Made by a program: the position numbers and the translations under genes. From the sequence record DRR378314_135: a stretch of 64,000 nt of DNA. The stretch is one strand, 5' to 3'. This document shows positions 8,790 to 20,218 of the stretch, piece by piece (the stretch's first letter is position 1; each line of letters begins with the position of its first letter). A model generated the notes under the pieces. The model saw only the letters and a program-made list of their open reading frames with translations. It was not told where the DNA came from and searched no databases.

Positions 8790-10880
8790 TCAGGCAGCGT
8801 TGAGGTCAGCAAAGGTCTTACCCTCAGCGACCAAGCGTTTCAGAAGCGGTGCGGGCTGCCAGAGGAACGCGTCCTCGGCGGCGAAGCCTTCGATATCAGC
8901 GAGGATCTTGTCGAGGCCAACACTGTCGGCGTAATGCATTGGTCCGCCGCGCCAGCGTGGAAAGCCATAGCCATTCAACAGCGTCACATCGACATCCAGC
9001 GGCCGCAGAGCGATGCCCTCCTCGACCACACGAGCGGCCTCGTTGACCATTGCGGCCATGTAGCGGTCGACGATCTCCTGACTCGAGATGTCGCGCGCCG
9101 TGATCCCTTTGGCCGCGCGTTCGGTGGCGATATGATCCAACACCGCGTCATTGGGAGTCTGTGCGCCATCCTCGTAGATGTAGAACCCCTTGCCGGTCTT
9201 GCGCCCAAAATCGCCTGCCTCGCACAGGCGGTCGGCAAATTCGGCGTAGGTTTCGCGCGGGTCGCGGGTGGGGGCGAGCCGCTTGCGCGTGGCCCAGCCA
9301 ATATCCAGCCCAGCAAGATCGCTCACCGCATAGGGACCCATGGCGAGACCAAACTCCGTGAGCGCCCGATCCACGTCAAACGGGCTTGCCCCGGCCAGCA
9401 CGGCGCCGTCGCCCGCTTTGCGATAATGGCTGAGGATGCGGTTGCCAATAAAGCCATCGCACACACCCGCACGCACGGCGACCTTCTTCAACCGCTTGGC
9501 CAGGGCAAAGCCGGTCGCAGTGACCTCCGGCGCGGTCTTGTCGGCCACCACGATCTCCAGCAGCCGCATGACATGGGCAGGCGAGAAGAAATGCAGGCCA
9601 ATGACATCCGCAGGCCGAGAGGTCATCGCTGCGATTTCGTTGATATCAAGGTAGGAGGTGTTGGAGGCCAAAATGGCACCGGGCTTGCAGGTTGCGTCCA
9701 GCTTGGTGAAGACATCCTTCTTCACCTCCATGCTCTCGAACACGGCCTCGATGACGATGTCGGCCTGCGCGAGGGATGCGTAGTCGTCACTGGCACGGAA
9801 GGTACCGGCCATGATGGCGTCATATTTCTCCTGAGCAAGCTTGCCGCGTTTGACAGAGCCTTGCAGCGTTGCGGAAACGGTCTTTTCCGCCCGGGCAACG
9901 GCCTCCGCATCGCGTTCAATCAACGTTACATCAAGGCCCGCAAGCAATGCTGATACAGCGATCCCCGCCCCCATTGTCCCGCCACCGATCACACCGATCC
10001 GGTCCGCATCCCGAGGTTGCACCCCCTTAATATCAGGCACTTTCGCCACTTGCCGCTCTGAGAAAAACGCGTGGATCAGCGCCGATCTCTGATCGCTTTC
10101 CATCAACTCCTGAAACAGGGTGCGCTCCTGGGCCAGCCCCTCGGAGAAGGGCAGCTTGACGGCAGCCTCCACCGCCTTGATGCAATTCTGCGGGGCGATC
10201 TGGCCTCGCGCTTTTTTGGCCATCTTCCGACGCGTCTCATCAAAGACATCCACGTCCCCGATGGCGACGCTGCTCTCGCTGGTACGGCGCGGGCCTGCGC
10301 CTTCCGATATCAACTCTCGGGCATAGGCAAGACCGGCAGCGCGCGGATCATGCGTTTCGGCGATCTTGTCGATAATACCTGCGGTGAGCGCTTCTTCTGT
10401 ACCGATCTGACGACCGGAGGTGATCAAGTCGAGTGCGACCTCCACCCCAGCCAAACGCGGCAGACGCTGCGTACCCCCCGCTCCGGGCAAAATACCAAGC
10501 GTCACTTCAGGCAGCCCAAAGCGCGCGGACGGCACCGCGACGCGGTAGTGCGCGCCAATGGCGACCTCAAGTCCGCCCCCCAACGCCGTGCCGTGCAATG
10601 CCGCAACGACGGGCAAATCGCAGGCTTCGATCCGGTTGATGAGGTCGGGCAAAAAGGGTTCCTGCGGCGGCTTGCCAAATTCGCGGATATCCGCCCCGGC
10701 GATAAAGGTCCGGTCGGTGCCAAAGAGAACCACTGCCTCCAGGTCCTTGCGGTCCGCAATTTCGGCAAAGGCCGCATCCAGTCCGGCGCGGACCGCATGG
10801 CTTAGCGCGTTCACCGGCGGGTTGGCGATGGCGATGACTGCAATAGCATCAGTGGTTTCCAGGGACACAGGGTTCGGCAC
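8790..10880 (-). CDS. pimF: Bifunctional enoyl-CoA hydratase / 3-hydroxyacyl-CoA dehydrogenase, PimF-like
   Basis: AGADI, GGGLE, PE..LGILPG, GGGTMG, SNTS, HFFSP. GTG start at 10880 after a GAGGA RBS. Confidence 0.85.
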   Translation of the reverse strand: MPNPVSLETTDAIAVIAIANPPVNALSHAVRAGLDAAFAEIADRKDLEAVVLFGTDRTFIAGADIREFGKPPQEPFLPDLINRIEACDLPVVAALHGTALGGGLEVAIGAHYRVAVPSARFGLPEVTLGILPGAGGTQRLPRLAGVEVALDLITSGRQIGTEEALTAGIIDKIAETHDPRAAGLAYARELISEGAGPRRTSESSVAIGDVDVFDETRRKMAKKARGQIAPQNCIKAVEAAVKLPFSEGLAQERTLFQELMESDQRSALIHAFFSERQVAKVPDIKGVQPRDADRIGVIGGGTMGAGIAVSALLAGLDVTLIERDAEAVARAEKTVSATLQGSVKRGKLAQEKYDAIMAGTFRASDDYASLAQADIVIEAVFESMEVKKDVFTKLDATCKPGAILASNTSYLDINEIAAMTSRPADVIGLHFFSPAHVMRLLEIVVADKTAPEVTATGFALAKRLKKVAVRAGVCDGFIGNRILSHYRKAGDGAVLAGASPFDVDRALTEFGLAMGPYAVSDLAGLDIGWATRKRLAPTRDPRETYAEFADRLCEAGDFGRKTGKGFYIYEDGAQTPNDAVLDHIATERAAKGITARDISSQEIVDRYMAAMVNEAARVVEEGIALRPLDVDVTLLNGYGFPRWRGGPMHYADSVGLDKILADIEGFAAEDAFLWQPAPLLKRLVAEGKTFADLNAA

Positions 10881-10946
10881 GGGCGGTTCCTCTTTCCAAG
10901 ACGCAGGGCGCATTTCCCTAAAATGACTAGAGGACTCACTGATAAA

Positions 10947-10981
10947 TTTCAATATGTGGAACTATATCTCTCAATGTAGAA
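10947..10981. promoter_or_regulatory. Two candidate IclR boxes (TTCCACATATTGAAA and TTCTACATTGAGAGA on the minus strand)
   Basis: Similar to the box at 5152-5166; 20 bp apart, upstream of pimF. Confidence 0.5.
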
Positions 10982-11000
10982 TTTGGGCCATCCGACCTTC

Positions 11001-11034
11001 AAAAAAAAAACCGGCCGGTCACAAGACCGGCCGG
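11001..11034 (-). terminator. Intrinsic terminator of the MCP gene
   Basis: Minus strand CCGGCCGGTC-ttgt-GACCGGCCGG followed by T10. Confidence 0.9.
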
Positions 11035-11060
11035 GGGGCAATTTTAGTGGATGTCCGTTG

Positions 11061-13835
11061 TCAGGACGTGCCGGTCGCCTGCTCGCCGTCATCATCCCAA
11101 TTGAACTCCGACCAATCGGTCTCCGGCGCCGCAAGAGGCTCTACCGCGTCCCAATCCTCTCCGTCACCTTCTCCCCAGCTGGATGGCGCGGGGGCGACAT
11201 CCGCCGCCACCTCATGCACCTCCTGCATCGGGAGGAGCGTTGCCTGCGCAGTCTGGAAACGCGCAACCAGCCCGGCAAGCGTCTGGGCATCAGAATTCAG
11301 CAGATGACCGGCGGCCGTCGCCTGTTCCACCATCGCGGCGTTCTGTTGTGTCACCTGATCCAGCTGGTTCATACCGGTATTGATTTCCACCAAGCCGGTG
11401 GATTGCTCCTGTGCGCCAGTGGCGATGCCGGAAATCAGCTGTGAAATATGTGTGACACGCTGAAGGATGCTGTCCAATGCGCCACCAGCCTTGCCAACTA
11501 GATCCACGCCGCGCTCCACTTGCATTGAGCTGTCACTGATAAGGCTCTTGATCTCCAGCGCAGCAGCGGAGGACCTTTGTGCGAGACCTCGCACTTCAGA
11601 GGCAACGACGGCAAAGCCGCGACCCGCTTCGCCGGCCCGGGCTGCTTCGACACCGGCGTTCAAAGCCAGCAAGTTGGTCTGGAATGCAATGTCATCAATC
11701 ACCGAAATGATCTGCGAAATCTTGCTGGAACTCTGCTCGATCTCGGTCATGGCAGACACTGCGTTCTGGACGATTTCACCACTGGCCTCGGCCTCTGTGC
11801 GCGCTTCATTCGTGGTGCGTTCCACATCGCGCGCACCCTCAGCCGCGGATTTCACACTTGCAGTCATTTGATCAAGCGCAGCTGCGGTCTGTTCCAGGGT
11901 GGCGGCCTGACTTTCTGTGCGATGCGAAAGATCCTGCGACGCCTGACTGATTTCAGACGCACCATTGCGGATCGAGGAAGAGGTCTCCACCACCTGCCCG
12001 ACTGTCTCGTTCAACGTGTCGAGCGTGCGGTTGAAATCCGCCCGCAACTGCTCGTAACCTTCGGCCAGTTCATCCTCTATCCGCGCGGTCAGATCGCCTT
12101 CGGACAAACGAGACAGACCGTTCCCCAGCGCTGACACGGCCTTTTCCTGGGCGACCATGCGCTGGTTACGCTCTTCCTCAGCAAGCTGTTCCATTTCTTC
12201 CTTTTCGACGATTCCATCGCGGAACACGGAAAGAGAGCGTGCGATGCGGAAAATCTCGGTGCTGGCCCGTTCGAAACCGGCAACCGGGCTCCGGTCGCCA
12301 CTCGCCAACCGCTCGGTGCTGGCGCTGACGCGGTTCAACGGGCGCAGGATCAGCACCTGGATCAAGAGCAATGCGGTCAGGAACACACCAGCAGCCAAGC
12401 CAAGAGACGCCATCAGATTGCGGTTTGCCGTTGCGACCTCATGAGAGATTTCGCTGGCCATGCCCCCGATGTTTCGCAGTGTCCCCGCCGCGAATTCCGA
12501 AGCGCGATCCGCAATGCCGACGACTGTCACCTCGGTTGCTCGGGTGGCCTGATCGGCGGCAGCCCGGGCGTTGATCGCATTGACCCGAAGCGCGGCAAGG
12601 CCTGTGTCGGGCGCATTCAGGGCACTGAGTTTTTTCAGCAGCTCGCCCACGCGGGCGTCTTCGAAGTCCTCGTAAAACGACAGGTTCATACTCGCACTCG
12701 ACATGTCGAATGCGGCGTCGTTTACATGGACCTCGTCATTGGCTGTGAGCGCATCAAGGGCGGCCACTTGGAAGCCGTTGACCCAGGTACTGATCTCCAT
12801 CAGCGTATTAAGGAAACCAACTTCGTTTTTCATGAGGTGGCGCAGCGCAGCGCCGTTTTCCTTGCTGGCCCGTTCCGCCGCAATGGAGAGTTTGTGCACC
12901 TGCGCGTCGATTGCCATCACGATGAAACGGTCCGTATCCGCACGCGCCTTCATCGCGGCCTGGCGCAGCGCTTCAGATGGAAACAAACTCTGCGCGATCA
13001 CAGATTGAAGCGTAAAGGATGCGCTCCGGATCAGGGAAACATCCAGCAGTTCAGGCGCATTGGTTTCGACGAGATCCGCAATCTCCAGTAGACGAGCATC
13101 CGAACTGTCGGCCAGTTTCTGTAGCCCGGCCAGCGTCTCCGGATCCTTGGTTCCACCAAACGCCACCGCCGTGCCAGCCAGCAAGTTCAGCTCCGCACGG
13201 GCCTCCAGCAGCAACTCCAGATTATGAAAGTCTACTTCGACAAGAGTTTTCAGGGACGCATCGATGGCACTATAGGTGGCCACTGCCCCCTTGTTCAGCT
13301 CGACCGAGGCAGCCTGAGCCAGTTCCGTCATCAGATCCCGCAGTTCGTTGCTGATCCGATGCAAGTCTTCAACGCCGGCTTCAATCTGTGCATCGCTTTC
13401 CAATGCCATCCGCCGGGCTGCGGCCAGATCGTTCAGGGCGGCCGACACCTCAGATGCGCCGACTTCGAACTCGGGCTGCATGGTCTCGTCCAGCTTTTCA
13501 ATCAACTCCAGCAGCGTCTGGGATGAGGTTTCGACCTTGGCCTCCGCCGCATCGATGCCGGCCGTGTCATCTGCAACCATCAAAGAGATCATGCCGTCCT
13601 TGGCACGTCCGGCTGCGACCGAAATATCACCGGCAAGCAGTAAATCCGGAAGGTTTTCGGTATTGAGATGGGTCATGTCCTGATCAATCTCATTCAAAAC
13701 CGAGTGCATCATGTATGCAAACAGCCCGAACGAGATGCCCATCAGCAGCAGGATCATTCCCATCTTGGCGCGAATACTGCGCAGCAGACCGAAGCGACGG
13801 CGGCGGGCGGGTTTGATAGTGGAAGTATCGGTCAT
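11061..13835 (-). CDS. Methyl-accepting chemotaxis protein with a very long helical periplasmic domain
   Basis: Two TM segments, HAMP domains, [34 protein letters not shown] signalling motif, acidic C-terminal tail with a WSEF-type tether. Confidence 0.95.
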   Translation of the reverse strand: MTDTSTIKPARRRRFGLLRSIRAKMGMILLLMGISFGLFAYMMHSVLNEIDQDMTHLNTENLPDLLLAGDISVAAGRAKDGMISLMVADDTAGIDAAEAKVETSSQTLLELIEKLDETMQPEFEVGASEVSAALNDLAAARRMALESDAQIEAGVEDLHRISNELRDLMTELAQAASVELNKGAVATYSAIDASLKTLVEVDFHNLELLLEARAELNLLAGTAVAFGGTKDPETLAGLQKLADSSDARLLEIADLVETNAPELLDVSLIRSASFTLQSVIAQSLFPSEALRQAAMKARADTDRFIVMAIDAQVHKLSIAAERASKENGAALRHLMKNEVGFLNTLMEISTWVNGFQVAALDALTANDEVHVNDAAFDMSSASMNLSFYEDFEDARVGELLKKLSALNAPDTGLAALRVNAINARAAADQATRATEVTVVGIADRASEFAAGTLRNIGGMASEISHEVATANRNLMASLGLAAGVFLTALLLIQVLILRPLNRVSASTERLASGDRSPVAGFERASTEIFRIARSLSVFRDGIVEKEEMEQLAEEERNQRMVAQEKAVSALGNGLSRLSEGDLTARIEDELAEGYEQLRADFNRTLDTLNETVGQVVETSSSIRNGASEISQASQDLSHRTESQAATLEQTAAALDQMTASVKSAAEGARDVERTTNEARTEAEASGEIVQNAVSAMTEIEQSSSKISQIISVIDDIAFQTNLLALNAGVEAARAGEAGRGFAVVASEVRGLAQRSSAAALEIKSLISDSSMQVERGVDLVGKAGGALDSILQRVTHISQLISGIATGAQEQSTGLVEINTGMNQLDQVTQQNAAMVEQATAAGHLLNSDAQTLAGLVARFQTAQATLLPMQEVHEVAADVAPAPSSWGEGDGEDWDAVEPLAAPETDWSEFNWDDDGEQATGTS

Positions 13836-14353
13836 TGGCTCACTCTGCGCGCTGGAAAGCCACGCTTGGCGCTGAGAATAGCGCGCGATCGCATGGACAG
13901 GAGAAGATCGGGCAGACACAAGGAGATATTGGCAAAGCAGATCGTGGCCAGCAGAGCGGCATCATGCCCATCGAAACAGGTCCGCTGGCGCATTTTGCAT
14001 TGCTGAGTGACAACGAGGGTCAAACATCATCTCCAGTATCGTTCAGCCAGAAGACTGCTCTGCACGCCCTTAATTTTCGATGAAATCGAAGGCGCTTTAC
14101 GCATATACTCCGCTGCCCTGATGGAAGAATAACGCGAATTGACGGCTTTATTTTGGGTAGATTTAATTCAAATTCGCCACACTGATTTCACGGCCACCGA
14201 CGCCACCATGTCGCCTCGGAAGGCCTACACGCCGTTTTCCCGTTTGGCGTAGCGTGCCACCTCTGCTCCACTCGGCTGCGCCGATACGCAGCGCATGAAT
14301 GCTCCGGCCCTCACACTCACGGCGCAAAATGCCGCCACTCAAAGGATAGAACG

Positions 14354-15805
14354 ATGACCGAGCTGCCTCCCTATTGGAAAAACCACATCGCCGGGGACTG
14401 GGTGGATGGCGGTGCGGGGCGCATCGACGTAGTGGACCCTGCCAGTGGCGAGAAAATCGCCGAACACGCCATGGCAGACGCTGCTGATGTGGATCGCGCC
14501 GTGCAGGCTGCTCGGGCCGTGCATCTCTCCGGCGCCCTCAGCCGTATGCGCCCGATCGAGCGGGGCCGTATGGTGCAGGCCATGGGCTGCTACCTACTGG
14601 AACACAAGGACGAGATTGCGCTTACACTGGTTCTGGAACAGGGCAAACCGCTGTGGGAGGCGGTGGTCGAGGTGGAAGGCGCTGCCCTCTACTTCGAATA
14701 CTACGGCAACCAGGCCAGTACGGTCGAAGGCCGGTCAATCCCGCTCGGCGCTGGCTACTACGACTTCACCGACTATGAACCAATGGGGGTGTCGGCCCAA
14801 ATCATCCCGTGGAACTATCCGGTGGAGATGACGGCCCGCTCGCTCTCGGCGGCGCTGGCGACCGGCAATGCCTGCGTGATCAAGAGCCCGGAGCTGACGC
14901 CGCTGACCAACGCCTGGTTCGCCCATGCCGCAACGGCCGCAGGGTTTCCGGCGGGCACGGTGAACGTAATCTGCGGCTATGGGCATGAGGCAGGTGCCGC
15001 GCTGGCAGGCCACCCGGATGTGAACCAGATCGTCTTTACCGGCTCCGTTCCCACCGGGGTCGCCATTGCCAAGGCGGCAGCGCAAAACGTGGTGCCCTGC
15101 GTGCTTGAGCTGGGTGGAAAGTCCGCGGCCATCGTGCACGACGACGCCGACCTGGAAGCGTTTGAGACCGATATTCGCTGGGGGATCTACTTTAACGCAG
15201 GACAGGTGTGTTCGGCCATGAGCCGGGTGATCGTGCATGAGAGCCGCGCCGAGGAACTGATCGCGCGCGCCGAAACCATTGCAACCGGCCTGTCGGTTGG
15301 ACCCGGAGTGGAGCGCACAGAGTTCGGGCCCAACATGGGGGCCATGGTCTCCGAGGCGCAGCGCAACCGCGCCGTCGCCATGGTGGCACGTGCGGAGGAA
15401 CAGGGCGCGCGCCTGGTCACTGGAGGACGTGCGCCGAACCATCCCGGTGCCTTTTTGCAGCCAACGGTGGTCGCCGACGTGACCCCGGACATGGACATCG
15501 CGCGCAACGAGGTTTTTGGCCCGGTTCTGTCCATCCTGACCTTCAAGGACGACGCGGAGGCCATCGCGATCGCCAACTCCACGGATTATGGGCTGGTCGG
15601 CGGCGTATTTACCCGCGATCTGGACCGCGCCACCCGCGCCGCCCGTCAGATCCGCGCAGGTCAGGTGTTCGTCAATGAATGGTATGCCGGTGGGGTGGAG
15701 ACGCCATTTGGCGGTGTCGGAAAATCCGGCTATGGCCGCGAAAAAGGGCGTGAGGCGCTGTGGAACTACGTGCAGACCAAGAATATTGCAATCCGCCTGC
15801 GCTGA
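14354..15805 (+). CDS. NAD(P)-dependent aldehyde dehydrogenase
   Basis: IIPWNYP, FTGS, LELGGKS, NAGQVC, EVFGP, PFGG..KSGYGRE. Confidence 0.95.
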   Translation: MTELPPYWKNHIAGDWVDGGAGRIDVVDPASGEKIAEHAMADAADVDRAVQAARAVHLSGALSRMRPIERGRMVQAMGCYLLEHKDEIALTLVLEQGKPLWEAVVEVEGAALYFEYYGNQASTVEGRSIPLGAGYYDFTDYEPMGVSAQIIPWNYPVEMTARSLSAALATGNACVIKSPELTPLTNAWFAHAATAAGFPAGTVNVICGYGHEAGAALAGHPDVNQIVFTGSVPTGVAIAKAAAQNVVPCVLELGGKSAAIVHDDADLEAFETDIRWGIYFNAGQVCSAMSRVIVHESRAEELIARAETIATGLSVGPGVERTEFGPNMGAMVSEAQRNRAVAMVARAEEQGARLVTGGRAPNHPGAFLQPTVVADVTPDMDIARNEVFGPVLSILTFKDDAEAIAIANSTDYGLVGGVFTRDLDRATRAARQIRAGQVFVNEWYAGGVETPFGGVGKSGYGREKGREALWNYVQTKNIAIRLR

Positions 15806-15820
15806 GCAATCAGCGAGATG

Positions 15821-15850
15821 CAAAGGCCGCCCACTCCGGGGCGGCCTTTG
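15821..15850. terminator. Bidirectional terminator
   Basis: CAAAGGCCGCCC-loop-GGGCGGCCTTTG between convergent genes. Confidence 0.8.
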
Positions 15851-15863
15851 CCGTTAAAGCGTC

Positions 15864-17168
15864 CTACTGCCGCCGAATATTCTCCGGCAACCATGTCGCC
15901 AGTTCTGGCCAGACCACAAGGATCACCACCATCAGAAGCATCAGCGCCACCATCGGCACTGCGGTCTTGGCGATGTAGGAGATTTCGTGCCGGGTCATGC
16001 CTTGCAGCACAAAGAGGTTGAAGCCGATGGGCGGCGTCACCTGCGCGGTCTCAATCACTACGACGAGGAAGATACCAAACCAGATCACGTCAATTCCCGC
16101 TTGCCGGATCATCGGCTCCACGATGGCCATGGTCAGGACCACGGAGGACAGACCATCCATGAACATGCCGAGGATCAGGTAGAACACCGTGAGCACCGCA
16201 ATCAGGGCAATGGGCGACAGGTTATAGCTATCAATCAGCCCGGCCAGCGCGCGCGGCAAACCTGTGAACCCCATCGACAGCGACAGGAAGGCCGCCCCCA
16301 TCAGGATGAAGGCAATCATCGCGGAGGTGCGCGTGGCCCCCATCAGGCTTTCGACAAACGTTGCCCAATTGAGGCTACCCTGCATCAGCGACAGGCCCAA
16401 GGCGCCAAGGACGCCCACTGCGGCGGCTTCGGTCGCGGTGGCAAATCCGGTGTACATCGATCCGATGACCACAAAGACCAGACCAAAGAGCGGCAGCAGA
16501 AAGCGGCTCTCGGCGATCATCTCGCCCAGTGACAGGCGCGGCTCTGGCTTGGGGCGCTGAGCGGGGCTAAAGAAATGCCACCCAATGATATAGAGCATGA
16601 ACAGACCCGCCAGAACGAGGCCGGGAAAGACGCCCGCCATGAACAGCTTGGTGATGCTTTCGTTGATGCTGACACCATAGACGATCAGCGTCAGCGAGGG
16701 CGGGATCATCAGGCCCAGTGTGGCGGCACCTGCCAAGGTGCCGATGATCATATACTCCGGATAGCCGCGCGCCCGCAGTTCCGGGATCGACATCTTGCCC
16801 ACCATATTGAGCGTTGCCGCCGAGGAGCCGGAGACAGCGGCAAAGATCGTGCAGCCCGCGATATTGGTGTGCAAAAGCCCGCCCGGCAGGAACTGCATCC
16901 AGGGTGCGAGACCACGAAACATGTCCTCGGATAATCGGGTCCGATAGAGAATTTCGCCCATCCAGATAAAGAGCGGCAAGGCGGTGAGCGTCCAACTGGA
17001 GGCGCCACTCCAGATGGTGGTGATCATGGCATCCCCTGCCGGACGGGAGGTGAAAAGCTCCATCCCCACCCAAGCGACGCCCATCAGCGCAAGGCCAATC
17101 CACACGGACCCGCCCAGAAGCGCGAACAGGACAAAGAGGAAAATGACCGTGGTGTAGATTTCGATCAT
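15864..17168 (-). CDS. dctM: TRAP transporter large permease
   Basis: LPLFIWMG, SGSSAA, LMIPPS, TATEAAA, QVTPPIGFNLF; ATGA overlap with dctQ. Confidence 0.92.
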   Translation of the reverse strand: MIEIYTTVIFLFVLFALLGGSVWIGLALMGVAWVGMELFTSRPAGDAMITTIWSGASSWTLTALPLFIWMGEILYRTRLSEDMFRGLAPWMQFLPGGLLHTNIAGCTIFAAVSGSSAATLNMVGKMSIPELRARGYPEYMIIGTLAGAATLGLMIPPSLTLIVYGVSINESITKLFMAGVFPGLVLAGLFMLYIIGWHFFSPAQRPKPEPRLSLGEMIAESRFLLPLFGLVFVVIGSMYTGFATATEAAAVGVLGALGLSLMQGSLNWATFVESLMGATRTSAMIAFILMGAAFLSLSMGFTGLPRALAGLIDSYNLSPIALIAVLTVFYLILGMFMDGLSSVVLTMAIVEPMIRQAGIDVIWFGIFLVVVIETAQVTPPIGFNLFVLQGMTRHEISYIAKTAVPMVALMLLMVVILVVWPELATWLPENIRRQ

Positions 17169-17878
17169 TCGAGGACCTCCCCCTTGATCTGCGGCGCACC
17201 GGTCACAAGCATCCGGGCGAGGTAGTCCCACAGCGCGATGGCCAGCAGAACAGTTCCGATCGACATCGGCAGTTGCGGCAGCCAGACCGGCGTATAGACC
17301 CAGCCCGAACCGCTCTCGGCCCAGAGCGCGGCCCAGTTCCAGGGCCAGGTTCCGAACATGGACACCGCTGTCAGCAGCCATTCAGGCGCGAAATCCTGTC
17401 CCTGCGTGCGATCATTCAGCATCTCCGACAGGACATTTGTCTTGATGGCGTAGCGGGCAAAATAGGTGGCCGTCAGAGCCGAGATCAACATCGCCCCCGC
17501 ATCGAGCCAGAAATGGTGCCGCCCACCAAGGTTCAGAAAGATCGACACCCGGATGTGCCCCCCGTGGGTCAGTGTGTAGGCCAGTGCAAAGAACGATGTC
17601 GCGGCCATCGCATAGCCCGCATATTCGGTCGAGCCGGGAAAGGTCAGTGACGCCCAGCGCGCCCCCATCTGCCCGACGATCAACAGCAGGATCGCCACCA
17701 TGAACAGCGCCGCGATTGCGCCCGCGCCGTTATAGATCCGATCCAGCGCGCCCCAGAGCGGTTGCAGCACCGGGCGCATGGCGGCCGGTCTCAAAATGCA
17801 CAGCAGCATCAGAGCTGTTGGCACAACGAAGAGCCATACCCACAGGGGCAAGCCCAGAACAGGTTGCCAGTCACGCAT
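17165..17878 (-). CDS. dctQ: TRAP transporter small permease
   Basis: TM helices, GHIRV motif, position between dctP and dctM. Confidence 0.88.
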   Translation of the reverse strand: MRDWQPVLGLPLWVWLFVVPTALMLLCILRPAAMRPVLQPLWGALDRIYNGAGAIAALFMVAILLLIVGQMGARWASLTFPGSTEYAGYAMAATSFFALAYTLTHGGHIRVSIFLNLGGRHHFWLDAGAMLISALTATYFARYAIKTNVLSEMLNDRTQGQDFAPEWLLTAVSMFGTWPWNWAALWAESGSGWVYTPVWLPQLPMSIGTVLLAIALWDYLARMLVTGAPQIKGEVLE

Positions 17879-17957
17879 GTCTTGTCCTTTGGATGACTAG
17901 ACTGATCGAGAGGAGGCGGAGCCGGTTGCCCAGAAGGCCTCCCGGCTCCGTCGCGGA

Positions 17958-18935
17958 TCAGTTTGCCTTGAAACCGTCGAGGATCGCCTGACCATCCTCA
18001 CCCGCAGTGGCGAGCCAGTCCTCGGTCATTTTTGCACCGATGGTTTCCAGTTCAGCCAGAAACTCCGGTCCGGCCTCAACCACATTCATGCCATTGGCTT
18101 CAAGCTGTTCAAAATACCAATTGGCCAGCTCCTCGGACTTGGCAGCACAGGCGGCGCCGGTCTCTGCGGCGGCTTTTTCGACCGAGGTTTGCACCTCGGC
18201 ATCAAGACCGTCCCAGACCTGCTTGTTCACCATCACGTAGTTGCGCGGCAGCCATGCGTTCACCTTGTAGTAGTGGCTGAGCTGTTCCCAGACCTTGCGA
18301 TCATAGCCGGTGGCACCGGATGAAATGAACGCTTCCGCCACGCCGGTCGCAAGGGCTTGGGACAGTTCGGCGGCCTCGACCTGTACCGGGATCATTCCCA
18401 GCTCCTCCGCAAAGGTCGCCGTTGCGGTATTGTAGGAGCGGAATTTCACACCCTGGGTGTCCTCGGAAGAGTTCACTTCCTTGTTGAAATAGAACCCCTG
18501 CCCCGGCCATGGGCAGGTATAGAGCGTGACGAGGTTCTGATCGGCAAGCTGCGCGTTGACCTTGTCCTTGGCGATTGCCCAGAGTTTTTCATTGTCCGCA
18601 TAGGACGTGGCAAGGAACGGCAGGTTGTCCCAGCCCAGCAAAGGCACCTCATTGGCGTGCGCAGACATGAAACGTTCGCCAATTGGGGCCTGCCCGGTCT
18701 GTACCGCACGCTTGATCTCGCCCCCTTTGAAGAGGGACCCGCCGGGATGCACGGTGATGTCGATTTCACCATCGGTGTACTCACGCACCTTGTCGGCGAA
18801 GACCACGCCCATCTCGGAATGGAAGTTCGAGGACGCATAGGCCATCGGCATATCCCATGTCTCGGCCTGCGCGGCGCCAGCGGCGATGGCAACCGCAAAA
18901 CCGGCGACGGTGGTCCTCAAAAGTGTCTTGTTCAT
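17958..18935 (-). CDS. dctP: TRAP transporter substrate-binding protein
   Basis: Signal peptide, HPGGSL, conserved Arg (KFRSY), ELSQALATG. Confidence 0.92.
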   Translation of the reverse strand: MNKTLLRTTVAGFAVAIAAGAAQAETWDMPMAYASSNFHSEMGVVFADKVREYTDGEIDITVHPGGSLFKGGEIKRAVQTGQAPIGERFMSAHANEVPLLGWDNLPFLATSYADNEKLWAIAKDKVNAQLADQNLVTLYTCPWPGQGFYFNKEVNSSEDTQGVKFRSYNTATATFAEELGMIPVQVEAAELSQALATGVAEAFISSGATGYDRKVWEQLSHYYKVNAWLPRNYVMVNKQVWDGLDAEVQTSVEKAAAETGAACAAKSEELANWYFEQLEANGMNVVEAGPEFLAELETIGAKMTEDWLATAGEDGQAILDGFKAN

Positions 18936-18970
18936 AGGTTCGGTTCTCCCGTGTTGAATAGTTTTTATCG

Positions 18971-20218
18971 TTATGTCTTGGCAAAGCGCATCGGATCAAA
19001 GGCGCTCACATCGGCATTGGGCCAACTGCCTGCAATCATGTCGGCCACCAGTCGGCCTGTCTTTGGGCCACCTGTCAACCCGATGTGGTGATGCCCGAAG
19101 GCGGTGTAGACCCCGCTGCCCCGCACCTCGCCAATCAGCGGCAGACTGTCCGTGGGCGCAGGCCGGAAGCCCAACCACTCTTCCTCGGTCGTATAGTCGA
19201 GGTCGGGAAAGGTCCGCGCCACCGTGCGCCGCAGCATCTCGAGCGGTTTTCTGGATTTCACATCGCTCAAGCCGCCAAATTCGACAATGCCGGCACAGCG
19301 CAGACCCTGATCCATGGGCGTGGCGACAAATTTGCCTTCGGTCAGCATCATCGGATTGTTGGGACGCTGGCTCGGGTTCTTGAAGATGATGTGATAGCCG
19401 CGCTCTGCTTCCAGCGGCACCTCAAGCCCCAGTTTCTTCATCAAGGCGCCGGACCAAACCCCGGCGGAGAGAACCGCCTTGTCGCATACGAGGCGTCCCT
19501 GATCGGTCGCGACAGCAGTGACCTGGCCGCCCATGAGTTCAAAATCTTTAACCTCGGCCTGCAGAAAGCGCCCGCCCATCCCCTCAAACTGTGTCACCAG
19601 ATCCTGCACATAGCTGCCCGGATTGAGGATGAAGCCGTGATCCTTGTTCACGGCCAGAAGGCGCATGTCCGGCGACAGGATCGGCTCGCGCTCCCTCACG
19701 GCGTCGCCTTCGATGATCTCTGGCACAAACCCGGCCTCGCCGCGCAAGGCCCATGTATAAGCATCCGCCTCAAACGCGGCCCGGTCGCGATAGACAAAAT
19801 TATACTCACTGTCCTGTATCCATTTCGCAGCGGGCATGCCGTCGGTCAGCGCCTTGTGTTGCTCGACACTGTCCCCCACGACGGTGGCCAGCCCTTTCGA
19901 AATCCGCCGGGTGTCTGCGTCATTGGCGTTTTTCAGATATTTGGCCAGCCAGGGCAGCAACTTCGGCAAATAGGACCAGCGCATGAACAGCGGAAAGTTC
20001 GGATCGAACAGGTAACGTGGCCCTTTGGGGATCAGACCTGGCGTCGTGACCGGCACGATGGCGCTGCGCGCGAGGATACAGGCATTGCCATATGAGGCCC
20101 CCATGCCCGGCGCGCCTTTGTCCACCAGCGTCACCTCCAGCCCCGCCCGACGCAACCAGATGGCGCTGGCCGCGCCCACAATACCGGCGCCAACCACCAC
20201 GATATGCTGAGTTCCCAT
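18971..20218 (-). CDS. FAD-dependent D-amino acid dehydrogenase (DadA/DAO family)
   Basis: GAGIVG, ASYGNA, ERGYH, WLGFRP, GH.HIGLT.GP.TG. Confidence 0.88.
   Translation of the reverse strand: MGTQHIVVVGAGIVGAASAIWLRRAGLEVTLVDKGAPGMGASYGNACILARSAIVPVTTPGLIPKGPRYLFDPNFPLFMRWSYLPKLLPWLAKYLKNANDADTRRISKGLATVVGDSVEQHKALTDGMPAAKWIQDSEYNFVYRDRAAFEADAYTWALRGEAGFVPEIIEGDAVREREPILSPDMRLLAVNKDHGFILNPGSYVQDLVTQFEGMGGRFLQAEVKDFELMGGQVTAVATDQGRLVCDKAVLSAGVWSGALMKKLGLEVPLEAERGYHIIFKNPSQRPNNPMMLTEGKFVATPMDQGLRCAGIVEFGGLSDVKSRKPLEMLRRTVARTFPDLDYTTEEEWLGFRPAPTDSLPLIGEVRGSGVYTAFGHHHIGLTGGPKTGRLVADMIAGSWPNADVSAFDPMRFAKT

Noticed and set aside
6487-8934. 815-aa plus-strand ORF and other long antisense ORFs (for example 5237-6466, 24187-25260, 34914-36110, 41861-43129)
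   Set aside because: Shadow frames opposite well-supported genes in high-GC DNA; no motifs or RBS.
13836-14353. Small ORFs or an sRNA in the MCP/ALDH intergenic region (for example MMFDPRCHSAM..., 22 aa)
   Set aside because: No recognisable family or terminator-bounded structure; cannot be supported from sequence alone.
2274-15850. Two similar AAAGGCCGCCC...GGCGGCCTTT hairpins (2274 and 15821) as a REP/MITE family
   Set aside because: Only two short copies, both between convergent genes; adequately explained as terminators.
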